This document shows, one piece after another, positions 9,980 through 20,272 of a stretch of DNA of 64,000 bases (within the stretch, counting starts at the first letter, position 1; every line of letters starts with the position of its first letter). The notes beneath the pieces were generated by a model. It was not told the origin of the DNA. It ran no database searches and saw nothing but the letters and a program-made list of their open reading frames with translations. The position numbers and the translations under genes are program-made. The DNA comes from Candidatus Methanosuratincola verstraetei (GTDB taxonomy: Archaea; Thermoproteota; Methanomethylicia; Methanomethylicales; Methanomethylicaceae): the NCBI GenBank assembly GCA_049570475.1, contig CP186953.1, forward strand, positions 672,001 to 736,000, given 5' to 3'.

Positions 9980-11692
9980 CTACTGCGGAGGAGGTGGAAC
10001 CGGGTTTCCCCCGGCCTTCCCTGAGTCAGGAGCCCAAGATCCCCTCTGCCCAAAAAGCCCGCCAACTGCAGAACCGATGCCCCTCCTGACTTCTTCAAGG
10101 GTCGATCTGAATTTTGGCGATATGAGGTAGAGCAGCGCGATGTAACCAGAGAAATAGAGGACAATGTGCACGGCCAGCAATGGCACCAGCACCCAGAGCG
10201 TGTCCAGTCTGCTGATGGGGAACGCGAACGGCAGCAAAGCGAGTGGGAATGCTGGGAGGATTATTCTTGAAGCCTGATCGGCCAAGGTGCGGAAAGGGAA
10301 GAGCTGCCCGAAGTCCCTCTTCAGGAGCTTCGCTGACAAAAAGAGGGAGATCGTGAAGGATGCAAGCATCGATGCCCCCCATGCCACCGAGACCGCCACA
10401 GGGTCATCCAGAAGGTAAGACGCCAGGAAGACCATCAGGATGTAAGCCGCATTGACGGATAGGTTGACGAGATCGTTCTTGAACACCGCGGATTTGATCA
10501 GCTCCTTCTGGGAGATCGAGGGGGAGTCCTTCCCCTCCAGCCCCAGATACGAGATAACGGCGATCCCGGAGACCGTCTGCATCACGGAGGCTGCCAAGAA
10601 AGCGCGCAGCGGCCAAGCCGCAGGGAGGTATTTGGTCCCAAGGATGGCGCATATGGGCTCGGCGTAGAGGACAATGAACGAGGCAATCGGGACCGTGATC
10701 AAGAGCGTGAGCCAGATCGCCTCGCCCAAATCCTCCAGGTTCTTCTTTGCCAGTACCTTCGGGTAGAGCGAGGACGGGATTGATGACGCATAGGTGACAG
10801 CCATCAGGATCATCATCGAGACCCCGTAGAAAGCCACCGGAATCTCGGATCCGAAGACTAGGCTGACGACGAGTACATCAAGCCAGAAAATCAGGCAGGT
10901 GAGCGAACCGAGGAGCGACCTCCAGGAGGATTTTGCCCAGAGGATCGCCGTCCCGGCGCTGAGCTTGGATTTCCTCAGGAGGGGGAGGTTGAGCCTGAGC
11001 AGGACAAGGTCCATTATCAGCCTCCCGAACAGGAACGAGAGGACTGCGCCCGTCAGGCCGAGGCTAAGGCCCGAGACCATCGCTATCCCGGTGATCGCCT
11101 GGCCCGCCTTGAAAGCGAACTGCCCGAAGCCGACGAACTGAGGCTTGTGCCCCTGCGAGGCGTAGGAGAGCGCGGCGTAGACATACTCAAGAACGATTAT
11201 CGCCGAGGACAGGAGGATCGGGAAGAGGGGCTGCCCGAGCTCGCCCGAGATCCCCAAAGCGAAAACCAAGTAGAGCGGGGTGACTAAAAGCCCGACCCCC
11301 ATCGAGTAGAGCAGCCCAGTCTTCGAGGTGTTCCTCCCCCTGCTTATGTCCCTGGGGAGCCAGTATGTGAAGATCACAGACGGGATCGAGAAGTACCCCA
11401 CATACCTCAAGATCATCACGAAGACACCGTACTCCTCGATCGTGAGCGCCCGGGTCAGGATTGCGAAGAAGAAGGCGCTGAAGACAGACCCCAGGAAGTT
11501 GAAGGCGTAAGTCATGAAGGAAGAGTAGAGGAGATTCACATCAAGCCCGAGCCGATCTGACACGATCTCGCCGCCAGACAAGTGGGATCCCCCATCATAC
11601 TTTGCTTTGCAGATATAATTATCATGATCACCCGGCGGGATGGGGGTGATGCCGGAGGGGATCAGATCCATGTGCGGCTCTGCCGATGCCAA
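9980..11692 (-). CDS. Polysaccharide flippase/exporter (Wzx/MATE-like)
   Basis: About 14 TM helices with TRALTIEEYG in the first loop; next to wecB. True start may be downstream of 11692. Confidence 0.75.
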   Translation of the reverse strand: MASAEPHMDLIPSGITPIPPGDHDNYICKAKYDGGSHLSGGEIVSDRLGLDVNLLYSSFMTYAFNFLGSVFSAFFFAILTRALTIEEYGVFVMILRYVGYFSIPSVIFTYWLPRDISRGRNTSKTGLLYSMGVGLLVTPLYLVFALGISGELGQPLFPILLSSAIIVLEYVYAALSYASQGHKPQFVGFGQFAFKAGQAITGIAMVSGLSLGLTGAVLSFLFGRLIMDLVLLRLNLPLLRKSKLSAGTAILWAKSSWRSLLGSLTCLIFWLDVLVVSLVFGSEIPVAFYGVSMMILMAVTYASSIPSSLYPKVLAKKNLEDLGEAIWLTLLITVPIASFIVLYAEPICAILGTKYLPAAWPLRAFLAASVMQTVSGIAVISYLGLEGKDSPSISQKELIKSAVFKNDLVNLSVNAAYILMVFLASYLLDDPVAVSVAWGASMLASFTISLFLSAKLLKRDFGQLFPFRTLADQASRIILPAFPLALLPFAFPISRLDTLWVLVPLLAVHIVLYFSGYIALLYLISPKFRSTLEEVRRGIGSAVGGLFGQRGSWAPDSGKAGGNPVPPPPQ

Positions 11693-12766
11693 TCAAGCCC
11701 CGGCATTTTCCAGAAGACCGACAATCCTCTCGGCCGACCTCCCGTCCCCGTAGGGGTTCTCCCAGCCTCCTCTCCGGGGTAGCATCTCCCTTGCGCACTT
11801 GAGGATCCTCGACGGTTCTGCGCCGGCGAGGATGTTGGCGCCAACCTCCAGGGTCTCCGGGCGTTCGGTGTTGTCCCTCAGGGTGACGCACGGCACTCCG
11901 AGGATGCACGCCTCCTCCTGCACGCCGCCTGAGTCGGTCAGGATCAGATCTGCACCCCTCTCCAAGATCAGGAAGCTCAGGTAGTCCACAGGGTCGATTG
12001 CCCTAATCCTCTCCCCGAGGGATATCCCGAAGTCTTTAAGCCTCTTCCTTGCCCGCGGGTGGGCAGGGTAGACCACCTCCAGGCCGAGTTCTTCGGAGAC
12101 GAGGTTGAGGCCTTCTATGATCTTCCTCAGCCGCGCGGGGTTGTCGGCATTCTCCTGCCGGTGGATGGTGACCAGCAAGTAACGGTCCAAGCCGGCAATC
12201 GACTTGGCGCCCCTCCCCTCAACAAGAGAGAGGCTCTGCTGCACTGCATCCACAATTGTGTTCCCGGTCACCGCTATCTTCTGAGCACTGATCCCTTCCC
12301 TGAGGAGGTTCTGCGCTGAAACTTGGGTCGGGGCAAACAGATAATCTGACACATGGTCAGCCACTATCCGGTTAACCTCTTCAGGCATTGACATGTCCCC
12401 GCTCCTCAGCCCAGCCTCGACGTGCCCGACCTTAATGTGCATCTTGGCGGCAGCCAACGCGCCCGCGAGGACCGTGTTGGTGTCCCCTTCGACCAGCACG
12501 CAGCCTGGCTTCTCCTCAGCGAGGATTCTTTCGATCCCGACCAGCATCCTCCCAGTCTCCTCGCCGTGCGTCCCTGACCCGACTCCCAGGTTGTACTTCG
12601 GCGGATTGAGCCCGAGGACCTCGAAGAAGACCCCGTCCATGTTATGCGAGTAGTGCTGCCCGGTGTGGAGCACAAAGTGATCGATCCCGCGCCTCTCCAG
12701 CTCCCTTATTATCGGCGACATCTTGATTATTTCCGGCCTGGTTCCAAGGATCACTGCGACCTTCAT
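11693..12766 (-). CDS. wecB: UDP-N-acetylglucosamine 2-epimerase (non-hydrolysing)
   Basis: GTRPEIIK, HTGQHY, HVEAGLRS, PEEVNR, TDSGGVQEEA and NPYGDG. Confidence 0.95.
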   Translation of the reverse strand: MKVAVILGTRPEIIKMSPIIRELERRGIDHFVLHTGQHYSHNMDGVFFEVLGLNPPKYNLGVGSGTHGEETGRMLVGIERILAEEKPGCVLVEGDTNTVLAGALAAAKMHIKVGHVEAGLRSGDMSMPEEVNRIVADHVSDYLFAPTQVSAQNLLREGISAQKIAVTGNTIVDAVQQSLSLVEGRGAKSIAGLDRYLLVTIHRQENADNPARLRKIIEGLNLVSEELGLEVVYPAHPRARKRLKDFGISLGERIRAIDPVDYLSFLILERGADLILTDSGGVQEEACILGVPCVTLRDNTERPETLEVGANILAGAEPSRILKCAREMLPRRGGWENPYGDGRSAERIVGLLENAGA

Positions 12767-12847
12767 AGTCGGATCCCCCAGAGGTAGAGGGGGAAGGTGA
12801 AAGTTTTAACTCTATCGTGGCTTGGGAGCGATTGGGGAAAAAATAAT

Positions 12848-14164
12848 TTACCGATTCCTGCCGATTGGGAACTTCACAATATCAGGGCTCCTGTTCATCT
12901 CCTTCAGTATGATCTCGGTGAGGTCGCTCATGGACCTGACCAGCTTCGACGGAGGGTACGGGTAGAGGACCGTAACGTTGATCCAGCTGGCCTCCGGCGT
13001 GAAGATGACCCTTGGCCCCGCCTCGATGACGTTCCTGAACATCGGGGCGCAGTTGGCCGACTCGCACGCCTTGAGCATGCTTTCGACCTCTGGTCGGATG
13101 TACTCGCTGACGCACCTCACCACCATCTCCTTCACCGCGCCGAGGTCGCTCTCGTAGGCTAGGTTGAAGGTCACTGCGCCGACCCTGACAGGGGAGAGGC
13201 GGCTGCCGTAGACCGCCACTATCTCGGAGAGGACGGTTGAGTTCGGGATTGTGAGCAGCCTCCCGGTCACCGACCAGAAGGAGGACTCGTCGCCTATCTC
13301 GATCAGGGTGGTCATCAGGTACCCGATGTCTGTGACGATCCCCCTGACATCGCCTATCTTGACGCTGTCTCCGATCATGTAGGTCTTCCTGACGTTGATA
13401 TAGACCCAGGCGAAGAAGTTGGATATCACCGGGGCAAGCGAGTACGAGAGAATGAGACCTATGACGCCGAAGGAAGTCACGAAGATGAGCAGCTCTTGGA
13501 ATATGAAGGAGATTATTGCGGCAAACGCCAGCAGGATGAAGACTGCCTTGACAAGCCTCCCGACTGAGACCCTGGAGTGGAAGTCATCGATCTTTGAGAC
13601 TAGGAGGATGTAGACTAGCTCCGAGAGTATGAGGGCGACCAGCAGGATTAGAACGGAGAGGATCGACTCGATTATGTACTGGCTGTAGGGAAGGGACTCG
13701 AGGTCAGGTAGGAAGATCAGGTAGAAGACGGAGACGAGGCTTGCGGCTGAGGCGTACGTCAAAAGGCCCCGCTTGGACGGCTTCTCCACCTTCAACAGCA
13801 TTTTGCTCCTCCTCATCCTGAGCACGACCGCAATGAACCTGACCAGCCTTATGAACCGCAGGGAGCGCAGACCGGCACCTATGATTGTGATGGTCTCGAA
13901 GAAGGCGAAGGCATAGGCTGGCACTATACCCAGGAGGTCGATCCAGTGCCACTTCAGGTACCGCAGCTTGTCCTTTTCGGACCTGAGGTCGAAAGCGAAG
14001 TCGATAGCGAAGACAATGCATATCAGGAGATCTGCGACGTAGACGAGCTGCCGCCATCTAGGCTCAAGCTGGACGGTGAAGTCGACCAGGAGGAGGAGGA
14101 TCGAGATCACTGCGAGAATCGCCATTGCCAACTCGTAGAGAGCCCCAGACTTCAAGCCGACCAC
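12848..14164 (-). CDS. MscS-family mechanosensitive channel with N-terminal S1-S4 voltage-sensor-like domain
   Basis: N-terminal four helices ending in LRSLRFIRLVRFIAVVLR. C-terminal MscS signature ISNFFA...IGDSVKIGDVRGIVTDIG...TGRLLTIPNS. Confidence 0.85.
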   Translation of the reverse strand: MVGLKSGALYELAMAILAVISILLLLVDFTVQLEPRWRQLVYVADLLICIVFAIDFAFDLRSEKDKLRYLKWHWIDLLGIVPAYAFAFFETITIIGAGLRSLRFIRLVRFIAVVLRMRRSKMLLKVEKPSKRGLLTYASAASLVSVFYLIFLPDLESLPYSQYIIESILSVLILLVALILSELVYILLVSKIDDFHSRVSVGRLVKAVFILLAFAAIISFIFQELLIFVTSFGVIGLILSYSLAPVISNFFAWVYINVRKTYMIGDSVKIGDVRGIVTDIGYLMTTLIEIGDESSFWSVTGRLLTIPNSTVLSEIVAVYGSRLSPVRVGAVTFNLAYESDLGAVKEMVVRCVSEYIRPEVESMLKACESANCAPMFRNVIEAGPRVIFTPEASWINVTVLYPYPPSKLVRSMSDLTEIILKEMNRSPDIVKFPIGRNR

Positions 14165-14379
14165 TTCACTTCACAAAACCCTATGCACAGGAATGCTGCT
14201 TTTTAAGCTTACCACGATCGACGGGAGGATGAACGCATGGGCTTGAGGCTTCGCCAGCTGAAGAGGCGCCCTTGTGCTCCTCTTCGAGGCAACCAACACC
14301 AGATGAAAGGCCCGCCGGGGTTAGAGTCCAATAGAGTTAAGAGGTCTTGAAGAGAATACCGTTTTCGATGGTCTGGCAT

Positions 14380-15318
14380 ATGGAAGCAATTGTCGCTCAG
14401 AACCTGACCAAGAAGTTCGACTCTTTCACTGCAGTTGACGGGCTGAGCCTCGAGGTCCACGAGGGGGAGGTCTTCGGCCTCCTTGGGCCTAACGGCGCAG
14501 GCAAGACCACGACGATCAGGATGCTCGCCTGCATAATATCCCCGACCTCGGGAACAGCCCAGATCCACGGGAGGGATATCACCAAGGACCCCGCCGCGGT
14601 GAGGGCGATGGTTGGGGTGCAGACAGAGAGCCCAAGCCTCTACGAGCGCCTGACCGCTTTGGAGAACCTCGAGTTCTTCGCCAGGGCTTACGGGATGGGG
14701 GATCCAGCGAGGATCCAGCCCAGGATAAGGGAGCTGCTCGAGTTCTTCGACCTTTGGGAGAGGAGGGGGGACAGGGTCGCCGTCTTCTCCAAGGGCATGA
14801 AGCAGAAGCTTGCCATTGCGCGGGCGATCATTCACGATCCGCCCGTCCTATTCCTGGACGAGCCGACATCAGGGCTGGACCCGGAGGCATCGAAGCTAAT
14901 CCGGGATCTCATACTCAAGCTGAGCAGGACGGAGAGGAGGACGATCCTGATATCCACGCACCGGCTCGAGGACGCGGAGAGGATCTGCAGCAGGGTAGGG
15001 ATCATACTGCGTGGGGAGCTCAAGGTGACGGGCACGCCCGAGGAGCTCAGGAGAAGGGTCGCAGGGGAGGCCAAGGTAGTGATAAGGGTATTGGGAGCTG
15101 CCCCTGAATTGGCGGGTTCGATCAACGGCATTCCAGGCGTCTCGCGGGTCGAGGCGGGCAGTGGGGAGCTGGTCGTCAGCACCGGCGATCCCGCGCTGAC
15201 AACCCCGGATGTCGTCAGGAGGATCGTTGAGATGGGCGGCCAGATCCTCTCCGTGAGGCCTTTCCTGCCCTCCCTCGAGGAGGCCTACTTGAGCATAGTG
15301 GAGGGGATGCGCGGGTGA
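14380..15318 (+). CDS. ABC transporter ATP-binding subunit (exporter type)
   Basis: Walker A GPNGAGKTT, signature FSKGMKQK, Walker B LFLDEPT. ATG at 14380 preferred. Confidence 0.95.
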   Translation: MEAIVAQNLTKKFDSFTAVDGLSLEVHEGEVFGLLGPNGAGKTTTIRMLACIISPTSGTAQIHGRDITKDPAAVRAMVGVQTESPSLYERLTALENLEFFARAYGMGDPARIQPRIRELLEFFDLWERRGDRVAVFSKGMKQKLAIARAIIHDPPVLFLDEPTSGLDPEASKLIRDLILKLSRTERRTILISTHRLEDAERICSRVGIILRGELKVTGTPEELRRRVAGEAKVVIRVLGAAPELAGSINGIPGVSRVEAGSGELVVSTGDPALTTPDVVRRIVEMGGQILSVRPFLPSLEEAYLSIVEGMRG

Positions 15319-16139
15319 AGTTCGAGAGCGCGATGCTCGTGTTCTGGAAGGACTGGAAGGAGATTAGGAGGAATTACCAGGTACTGGCGCCGATCATATT
15401 TGTGCCCCTGGTCTTCACCATCGTGCTGCCGCTGATCCTCGTCCTGGTCCCCTCGGTGGTCGGGATGCCAGGTACGGCTTTCCAGCTAATCGGGCCTATG
15501 TTTGAGAACCTGCCCCCAGAGGTCAGGGCAGCGGTATCTGGGATGGGCGCGGAGGAGGCGATTGTCTACGTATTCGCCCTCTACTTCTTCGCCCCATTCT
15601 TCCTCATAATACCGATAATGGCCTCCAGCGTCCTCGCCTCTGACAGCTTTGCGGGCGAGAAGGACAGGAAGACGCTTGAGGCGCTGCTCGCGACGCCCCT
15701 CACAGAGGGGGATCTGCTACTGGGGAAGGTGCTTGTCGCGTTCATACCTTCGATCATAGTGACCTTCGCTTCCTTTGCGGTCTACTGCGTTGTTGTGGAC
15801 TTGGCGTCGGCTCTCCGCTTCGGGGGGGAGTTGCTGCTGCCCAATGCGCTCTGGGTGCTCTTCATATTCGGGGTCACCCCGCTCGTGGCCCTGGCTGGCA
15901 TAGGGGTCACGGTGATAATATCGCTCCGCGTTAAGGGCTACAGGGAGGCGCAGCAGATGAGCGCCATACTGATCGCGCCGGTCTTGGCGCTTGTCTTTGC
16001 AGAGGTCGGTGGGGCCATTGTCTTCGGGCCGCTCATGATACTCCTTATGATAGGGGTTTTCGCCTTGGTTAATGCGTTAGTGCTGGTCCTGGGGATCAGG
16101 CACTTCCACAGGGAGGAACTCCTCACCAGGGGAGGCTGA
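15315..16139 (+). CDS. ABC-2 type permease
   Basis: Six TM helices, SFAGEKDRKTLEALLATP motif, GTGA overlap with the ATPase. Confidence 0.9.
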   Translation: MKFESAMLVFWKDWKEIRRNYQVLAPIIFVPLVFTIVLPLILVLVPSVVGMPGTAFQLIGPMFENLPPEVRAAVSGMGAEEAIVYVFALYFFAPFFLIIPIMASSVLASDSFAGEKDRKTLEALLATPLTEGDLLLGKVLVAFIPSIIVTFASFAVYCVVVDLASALRFGGELLLPNALWVLFIFGVTPLVALAGIGVTVIISLRVKGYREAQQMSAILIAPVLALVFAEVGGAIVFGPLMILLMIGVFALVNALVLVLGIRHFHREELLTRGG

Positions 16140-16278
16140 ACCGGATGAACAGAACCCCAGGCACGCCACCAATTCCGCATAAAAAATCTTGAAAAGGAAG
16201 GGAATGTCCAGGAATCTTGATAATTTCAGATAAGTATAAAGAGAATAAGACCAAATTATTATTTCGTGGTGTAAAGTT

Positions 16279-18690
16279 TTGAGAATTTTTAAGGGGGCTA
16301 CCGCAGCCGTCCTATTAACCGCGCTCATGCTCTGGGCTTCGCCCCCGGTCTTGTCAGCCGGGCTGACGATCACGGTCGATTCAGACACCTCGCTCTACTC
16401 CGCTGGGGAGACCGTTTTCATAAGCGTGTCAGGGCCTCCATCGGTCGTCTCGGTCGCGGTCACGGGGCCGTCAGGGGAGGTGTTCAGGAATGACTCGCTC
16501 GTGATCGGGACTTCCGGGACGCTGATAGTCAACCTTTCCACAGTCGGGCTCCCCACCGGATCATACAGCATCACCGCGAACGGGACGGCTGGCACTGCGC
16601 AAGCAGCCTTCAGGCTGGTCCAGCCATTCGGGATGGTCTCGTGCTACGCCGTCTCAACGACCGGCGAGCCGCTTTCAGCCCAGACCCCCATCTACTACTA
16701 CTTCAACGGATCTGTGCTGAGCCTGGTCGTGAACGTCTCAGCGCCGAACGACCACGTGAGCGCCGAGATCGATCTTGGCTGGCTCGGGTACGGGACGCTG
16801 GTCCTCTCGCCCGCTTGGAACGGGACTTGGGCGAAAGGGACAAATCCCGATGGATCGGGTTGGTACGCTTTCTTGGTCAACCGCACGGTGCCCGCCGGGT
16901 TCCTCTCCAAGGGCATCTTCGTGACGCCCATACAAATCCGAGTCCCCGCCGGGCAGGCGACAACAACGAACTCTACGTCCTTCACTGCGGTGCTCAATTC
17001 CCAGCCGGTGTACTATGACGCCAGGCTCGGGGGCGCGACCACAGACTGGAGGGAGATAACGGACTTCACCAACGCGCCAAAGATCGTGCTCGAGTTCCTT
17101 AACGGGAGCAGGCTGGTGGCAAGGATAGCCTATCATGGTGCAATCAACCTCTGCGATCCGGTGACTGCGAATTCGCTGCCGCGGCTGGGCGATCTCATCT
17201 GGATCGGCTCTGGAACGGTAGGGATCAATGTCTCGGCCCTCCCGGCGCTCGACGCCCCGGCAAACATAAGCATGTACGGGATCAGCTTCCAGAACCAGCC
17301 AGGAGTGCTTTTCAACGGGGATCCTGCAGTCAGGACTGGGCAGATCTCGGGCGGGCCGGTCAGATCCCTTTCTTGGAATGCAACCTCCGGAACCCTGACT
17401 CTGGAGGTCGACAGGATGGGGCAGTACACCGCTGACGGCGATCCGCCCTATCTAGCCTACTCCGATCCGAGGGAAGGGACCTTCACGGGCGACCCAGCGC
17501 CCGAGGTGGGCCTCCTAGTGAGGGATGCAGTCTCGGAGGTGTCGCAGTCGGGCATAGTCCTGAGAGTCGACGGCAAGGCGATCAGCCCCGTGCTAAGGGC
17601 GGCTCCCCCCAATGGGCTTTGGGTGAACGCCACCGCAGGCGCACTCGACGACGGGTGGCACACGTTCACCGCGATGGTCAGCGATGTGCTGGGCAACACT
17701 GCAGTGGTCACGCTGAGGATCGCTGTAGACACGACGCCGCCTGAAATCGCAGGCTACCTGCCATTGAAGGGGTCATATGTAGGGGAGGCCAGGCCTAGGT
17801 TCTCAGCCAACTTCACGGACGCCCTTTCTGGGGTTTCCCATGCGACCTTGACGATCAATTCATGGAATGCGACGAAGAGCGCCGGCGAGACGATGGACTT
17901 CTCACCCTCGTTCAACTTCACAGAGGGCGTTTACAACGCCACAATCGAGGTCTTCGACATGGTGGGCAACGCATACGTGTTTACGTGGGCGTTCACGGTC
18001 GACCTAACCCCGCCCAGGATAGCGTACTTCCACCCGGAGAGGGCGATGATAGTGCCTTACAACGACTCGGTCTATGCCGGATTCGAGGACAATTACGGGG
18101 TCAATGTGAGCCGGATCAGCCTCACTATAGACGGCGAGGAGGCGACAGGCTTCGCCAACCTGAGCCCCAATGCGCTGCTGTACTACCCGTCCCCCCCGCT
18201 CTCGAAGGGGATGCACAACGCCGAGCTCAGGATTTACGACCTCGCGGGCAACAATGCCACAGAGGCATGGTCGTTCAGGGTGGACGACATGCCCCCCAGG
18301 GTAACCGAGACGAAGCCCTTGAACGGGAGCGTGATCACGGATAGGACGCTGACAATCAGCGCAACCCTCTTCGACAACCTCGATGTGAAGCCCGATTCGG
18401 TAAAGCTGAGGGTGGACGGCGTGGACAGGACCTCGCAGTCGGTTATAACCAAGACCAGCGCCAGCTGCCAGCTCGTCCTGGACCTCGGGGTGCACACAGT
18501 GGAGATAACTCTGGCGGATACCTCCGACAATGTCAACACAGTGACCTGGAGCTTCACGATCAAGGAGCCGGAGCCGCTCCCGCCGGAGATGATCAGGGAC
18601 ATAATCATAATGGTTGTGCTCGTCGTGGCGGTCGTGGCGGTCATATTGCTAGTATTCATGATGGGGAACAAGAGAAAGCAGAGGTACTGA
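16279..18690 (+). CDS. Cell-surface glycoprotein with tandem Ig-like repeats and C-terminal TM anchor
   Basis: Signal peptide; four repeats of about 90 aa starting DGDPP, DTTPP, DLTPP and DDMPP with G-x-H/Y...D-x-x-G/D-N; many N-x-S/T sequons; TM helix plus basic tail. Confidence 0.85.
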   Translation: MRIFKGATAAVLLTALMLWASPPVLSAGLTITVDSDTSLYSAGETVFISVSGPPSVVSVAVTGPSGEVFRNDSLVIGTSGTLIVNLSTVGLPTGSYSITANGTAGTAQAAFRLVQPFGMVSCYAVSTTGEPLSAQTPIYYYFNGSVLSLVVNVSAPNDHVSAEIDLGWLGYGTLVLSPAWNGTWAKGTNPDGSGWYAFLVNRTVPAGFLSKGIFVTPIQIRVPAGQATTTNSTSFTAVLNSQPVYYDARLGGATTDWREITDFTNAPKIVLEFLNGSRLVARIAYHGAINLCDPVTANSLPRLGDLIWIGSGTVGINVSALPALDAPANISMYGISFQNQPGVLFNGDPAVRTGQISGGPVRSLSWNATSGTLTLEVDRMGQYTADGDPPYLAYSDPREGTFTGDPAPEVGLLVRDAVSEVSQSGIVLRVDGKAISPVLRAAPPNGLWVNATAGALDDGWHTFTAMVSDVLGNTAVVTLRIAVDTTPPEIAGYLPLKGSYVGEARPRFSANFTDALSGVSHATLTINSWNATKSAGETMDFSPSFNFTEGVYNATIEVFDMVGNAYVFTWAFTVDLTPPRIAYFHPERAMIVPYNDSVYAGFEDNYGVNVSRISLTIDGEEATGFANLSPNALLYYPSPPLSKGMHNAELRIYDLAGNNATEAWSFRVDDMPPRVTETKPLNGSVITDRTLTISATLFDNLDVKPDSVKLRVDGVDRTSQSVITKTSASCQLVLDLGVHTVEITLADTSDNVNTVTWSFTIKEPEPLPPEMIRDIIIMVVLVVAVVAVILLVFMMGNKRKQRY

Positions 18691-18756
18691 TCCCATGGAC
18701 GGGGCAGGCTGGCACCGGATAGCGTCGGCGGGGGATCGGATGGGCAGGAGGCCCGA

Positions 18757-19467
18757 CTAGTATGACTCCCGGTGGTAGCTCCCGACGGTCCGCCTTCCCC
18801 TGATAAGCATCAAGTCGCCCCTGATCCAGCCGTTCAGGACCCGCACAATCCCATACTTCTCGAAACGCCTGGCGGATGCCCTGACCATCGTATCCCTTGT
18901 GTAGACCACCCTCCCGAGCCGCTTCAGGCGGAAGCCGAGCTCGACATCGTCGCAGAGGGGGTAATCGGTATAACCCCCAGCCTCGAAGAACTTGTCCTTG
19001 AGCACGGCGGTGTTAGTCCCCCGCGTCCCCACAATGCCCATCAGATAGGCCACATCAGAGAAGAGGTTGACGAAGAAGTACAGGAGGCGGTACTTGAACT
19101 TGTTCTCCAGCGGGTAGTCCGGACCGCAGACCGCCACCACCCCATCCTTGAAGTTCGATCGTATCCTCTCGAGCCAATCCGGATCTGGGGCGACGTCGGC
19201 GTCGGTGTGCACCAAGATCCTACCCCTGGCGACCCTTGCGCCGTCGTTCCTAGCCCCTCCGACCCCCTTCCCAGTCTGCGGTATCACCCGATCCGCATAC
19301 CTGGACGCAATCTCGACGGTCCTGTCACTGCTGCCCCCGTCCACAACTATGATCTCGTACTCCGACCTTGGCACAGTCTGCCTCAAGAGATGTGAGAGGG
19401 TGCGCGCAATGACCTTCTCCTCGTTGTAGGTGGGCACGATAACCGAGATCTCTACCAATTCGACCAC
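18757..19467 (-). CDS. Glycosyltransferase family 2
   Basis: SVIVPTYNEE, VVDGGSSD and DAD motifs. Confidence 0.92.
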   Translation of the reverse strand: MVELVEISVIVPTYNEEKVIARTLSHLLRQTVPRSEYEIIVVDGGSSDRTVEIASRYADRVIPQTGKGVGGARNDGARVARGRILVHTDADVAPDPDWLERIRSNFKDGVVAVCGPDYPLENKFKYRLLYFFVNLFSDVAYLMGIVGTRGTNTAVLKDKFFEAGGYTDYPLCDDVELGFRLKRLGRVVYTRDTMVRASARRFEKYGIVRVLNGWIRGDLMLIRGRRTVGSYHRESY

Positions 19468-20196
19468 TCAGGGGTTGCTCTTTCTGGCGACCTGCATATT
19501 TCTGTTTTGAAGTGTCGAGGATTCAGACCCCTTGTTCGCAGCAGCCCGCGCAGTCGAGATCAGCTCGGTGAGGGCCGCGAGTGCCTTGCCGACGCTCTCC
19601 ATGGATATCAGCACGATCGTCTCAGTGAAGCAGCTCACAGTCTCCTCGATGTTGAGGCCGATCCTTGAGAGGGCCCTGTAGAAGACAGATATGCAGCCAG
19701 GGGTGTTGATGATCTCCTCAGGGCTCTGGATCACCAGCGCAGCCAGGTTCTCCTTCCTGTCCAAGATCTCTTTCGGATCGAACGAAGCCGCTGCTTTCGC
19801 GATCACCCGCTGGTCCATTATGATCGTCATCGAGGAGGAGCCTATCAGTATCTGGAGGAACTCGCTCCAGAATTTGTCGATGAGCGACTGCAGCGCCTTG
19901 AGGTTCTCCCCAGTCTTCTCCACGGAGAGCTTCGCAACATCGGTCCTCACGCTGAGGACGCTCCCAGCCACAACCCCGTTGATGTCCGAGTCCTTGTCAG
20001 GTAGGTCGAGCTTGACCCTTCGGACTGAGGTGGCTATCCCGGAGAGCTTGACCCTCCTGCCCAAAGCCTCCGAGACCCGCGGGCGAAGCATCCTCGCGAC
20101 CGAGCTGTAGTTTGCATAACCCCTCCTCAGCGCGTCCTGGAGCGGGGGGTCCTGCTCGACGAGGTTCTGGACGACCCTTGATATGGATTTGACCAT
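19468..20196 (-). CDS. ACT-domain protein with N-terminal helical (possibly HTH) region
   Basis: GYANYSSVARML N-terminus; C-terminal ACT-like NTPGCISVFYRALSRIGLNIEETVSCFTE; divergent from carA. Confidence 0.7.
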   Translation of the reverse strand: MVKSISRVVQNLVEQDPPLQDALRRGYANYSSVARMLRPRVSEALGRRVKLSGIATSVRRVKLDLPDKDSDINGVVAGSVLSVRTDVAKLSVEKTGENLKALQSLIDKFWSEFLQILIGSSSMTIIMDQRVIAKAAASFDPKEILDRKENLAALVIQSPEEIINTPGCISVFYRALSRIGLNIEETVSCFTETIVLISMESVGKALAALTELISTARAAANKGSESSTLQNRNMQVARKSNP

Positions 20197-20272
20197 TTTC
20201 AGTCACTTTTGTTGCATTCATTAATAAAATGACCATAAACAATATAAATTTTAGTCTCTCACTCACTTAAGG

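Noticed and set aside
12848-14164. Ordinary voltage-gated K+ channel
   Set aside because: No pore helix or TVGYG filter; the C-terminus is MscS-type.
14209-14340. Possible C/D-box sRNA or regulatory hairpin between the MscS and ABC genes
   Set aside because: The C box is degenerate, the spacing is short, and only one modest stem (GAAGAGG/CCTCTTC) is present.
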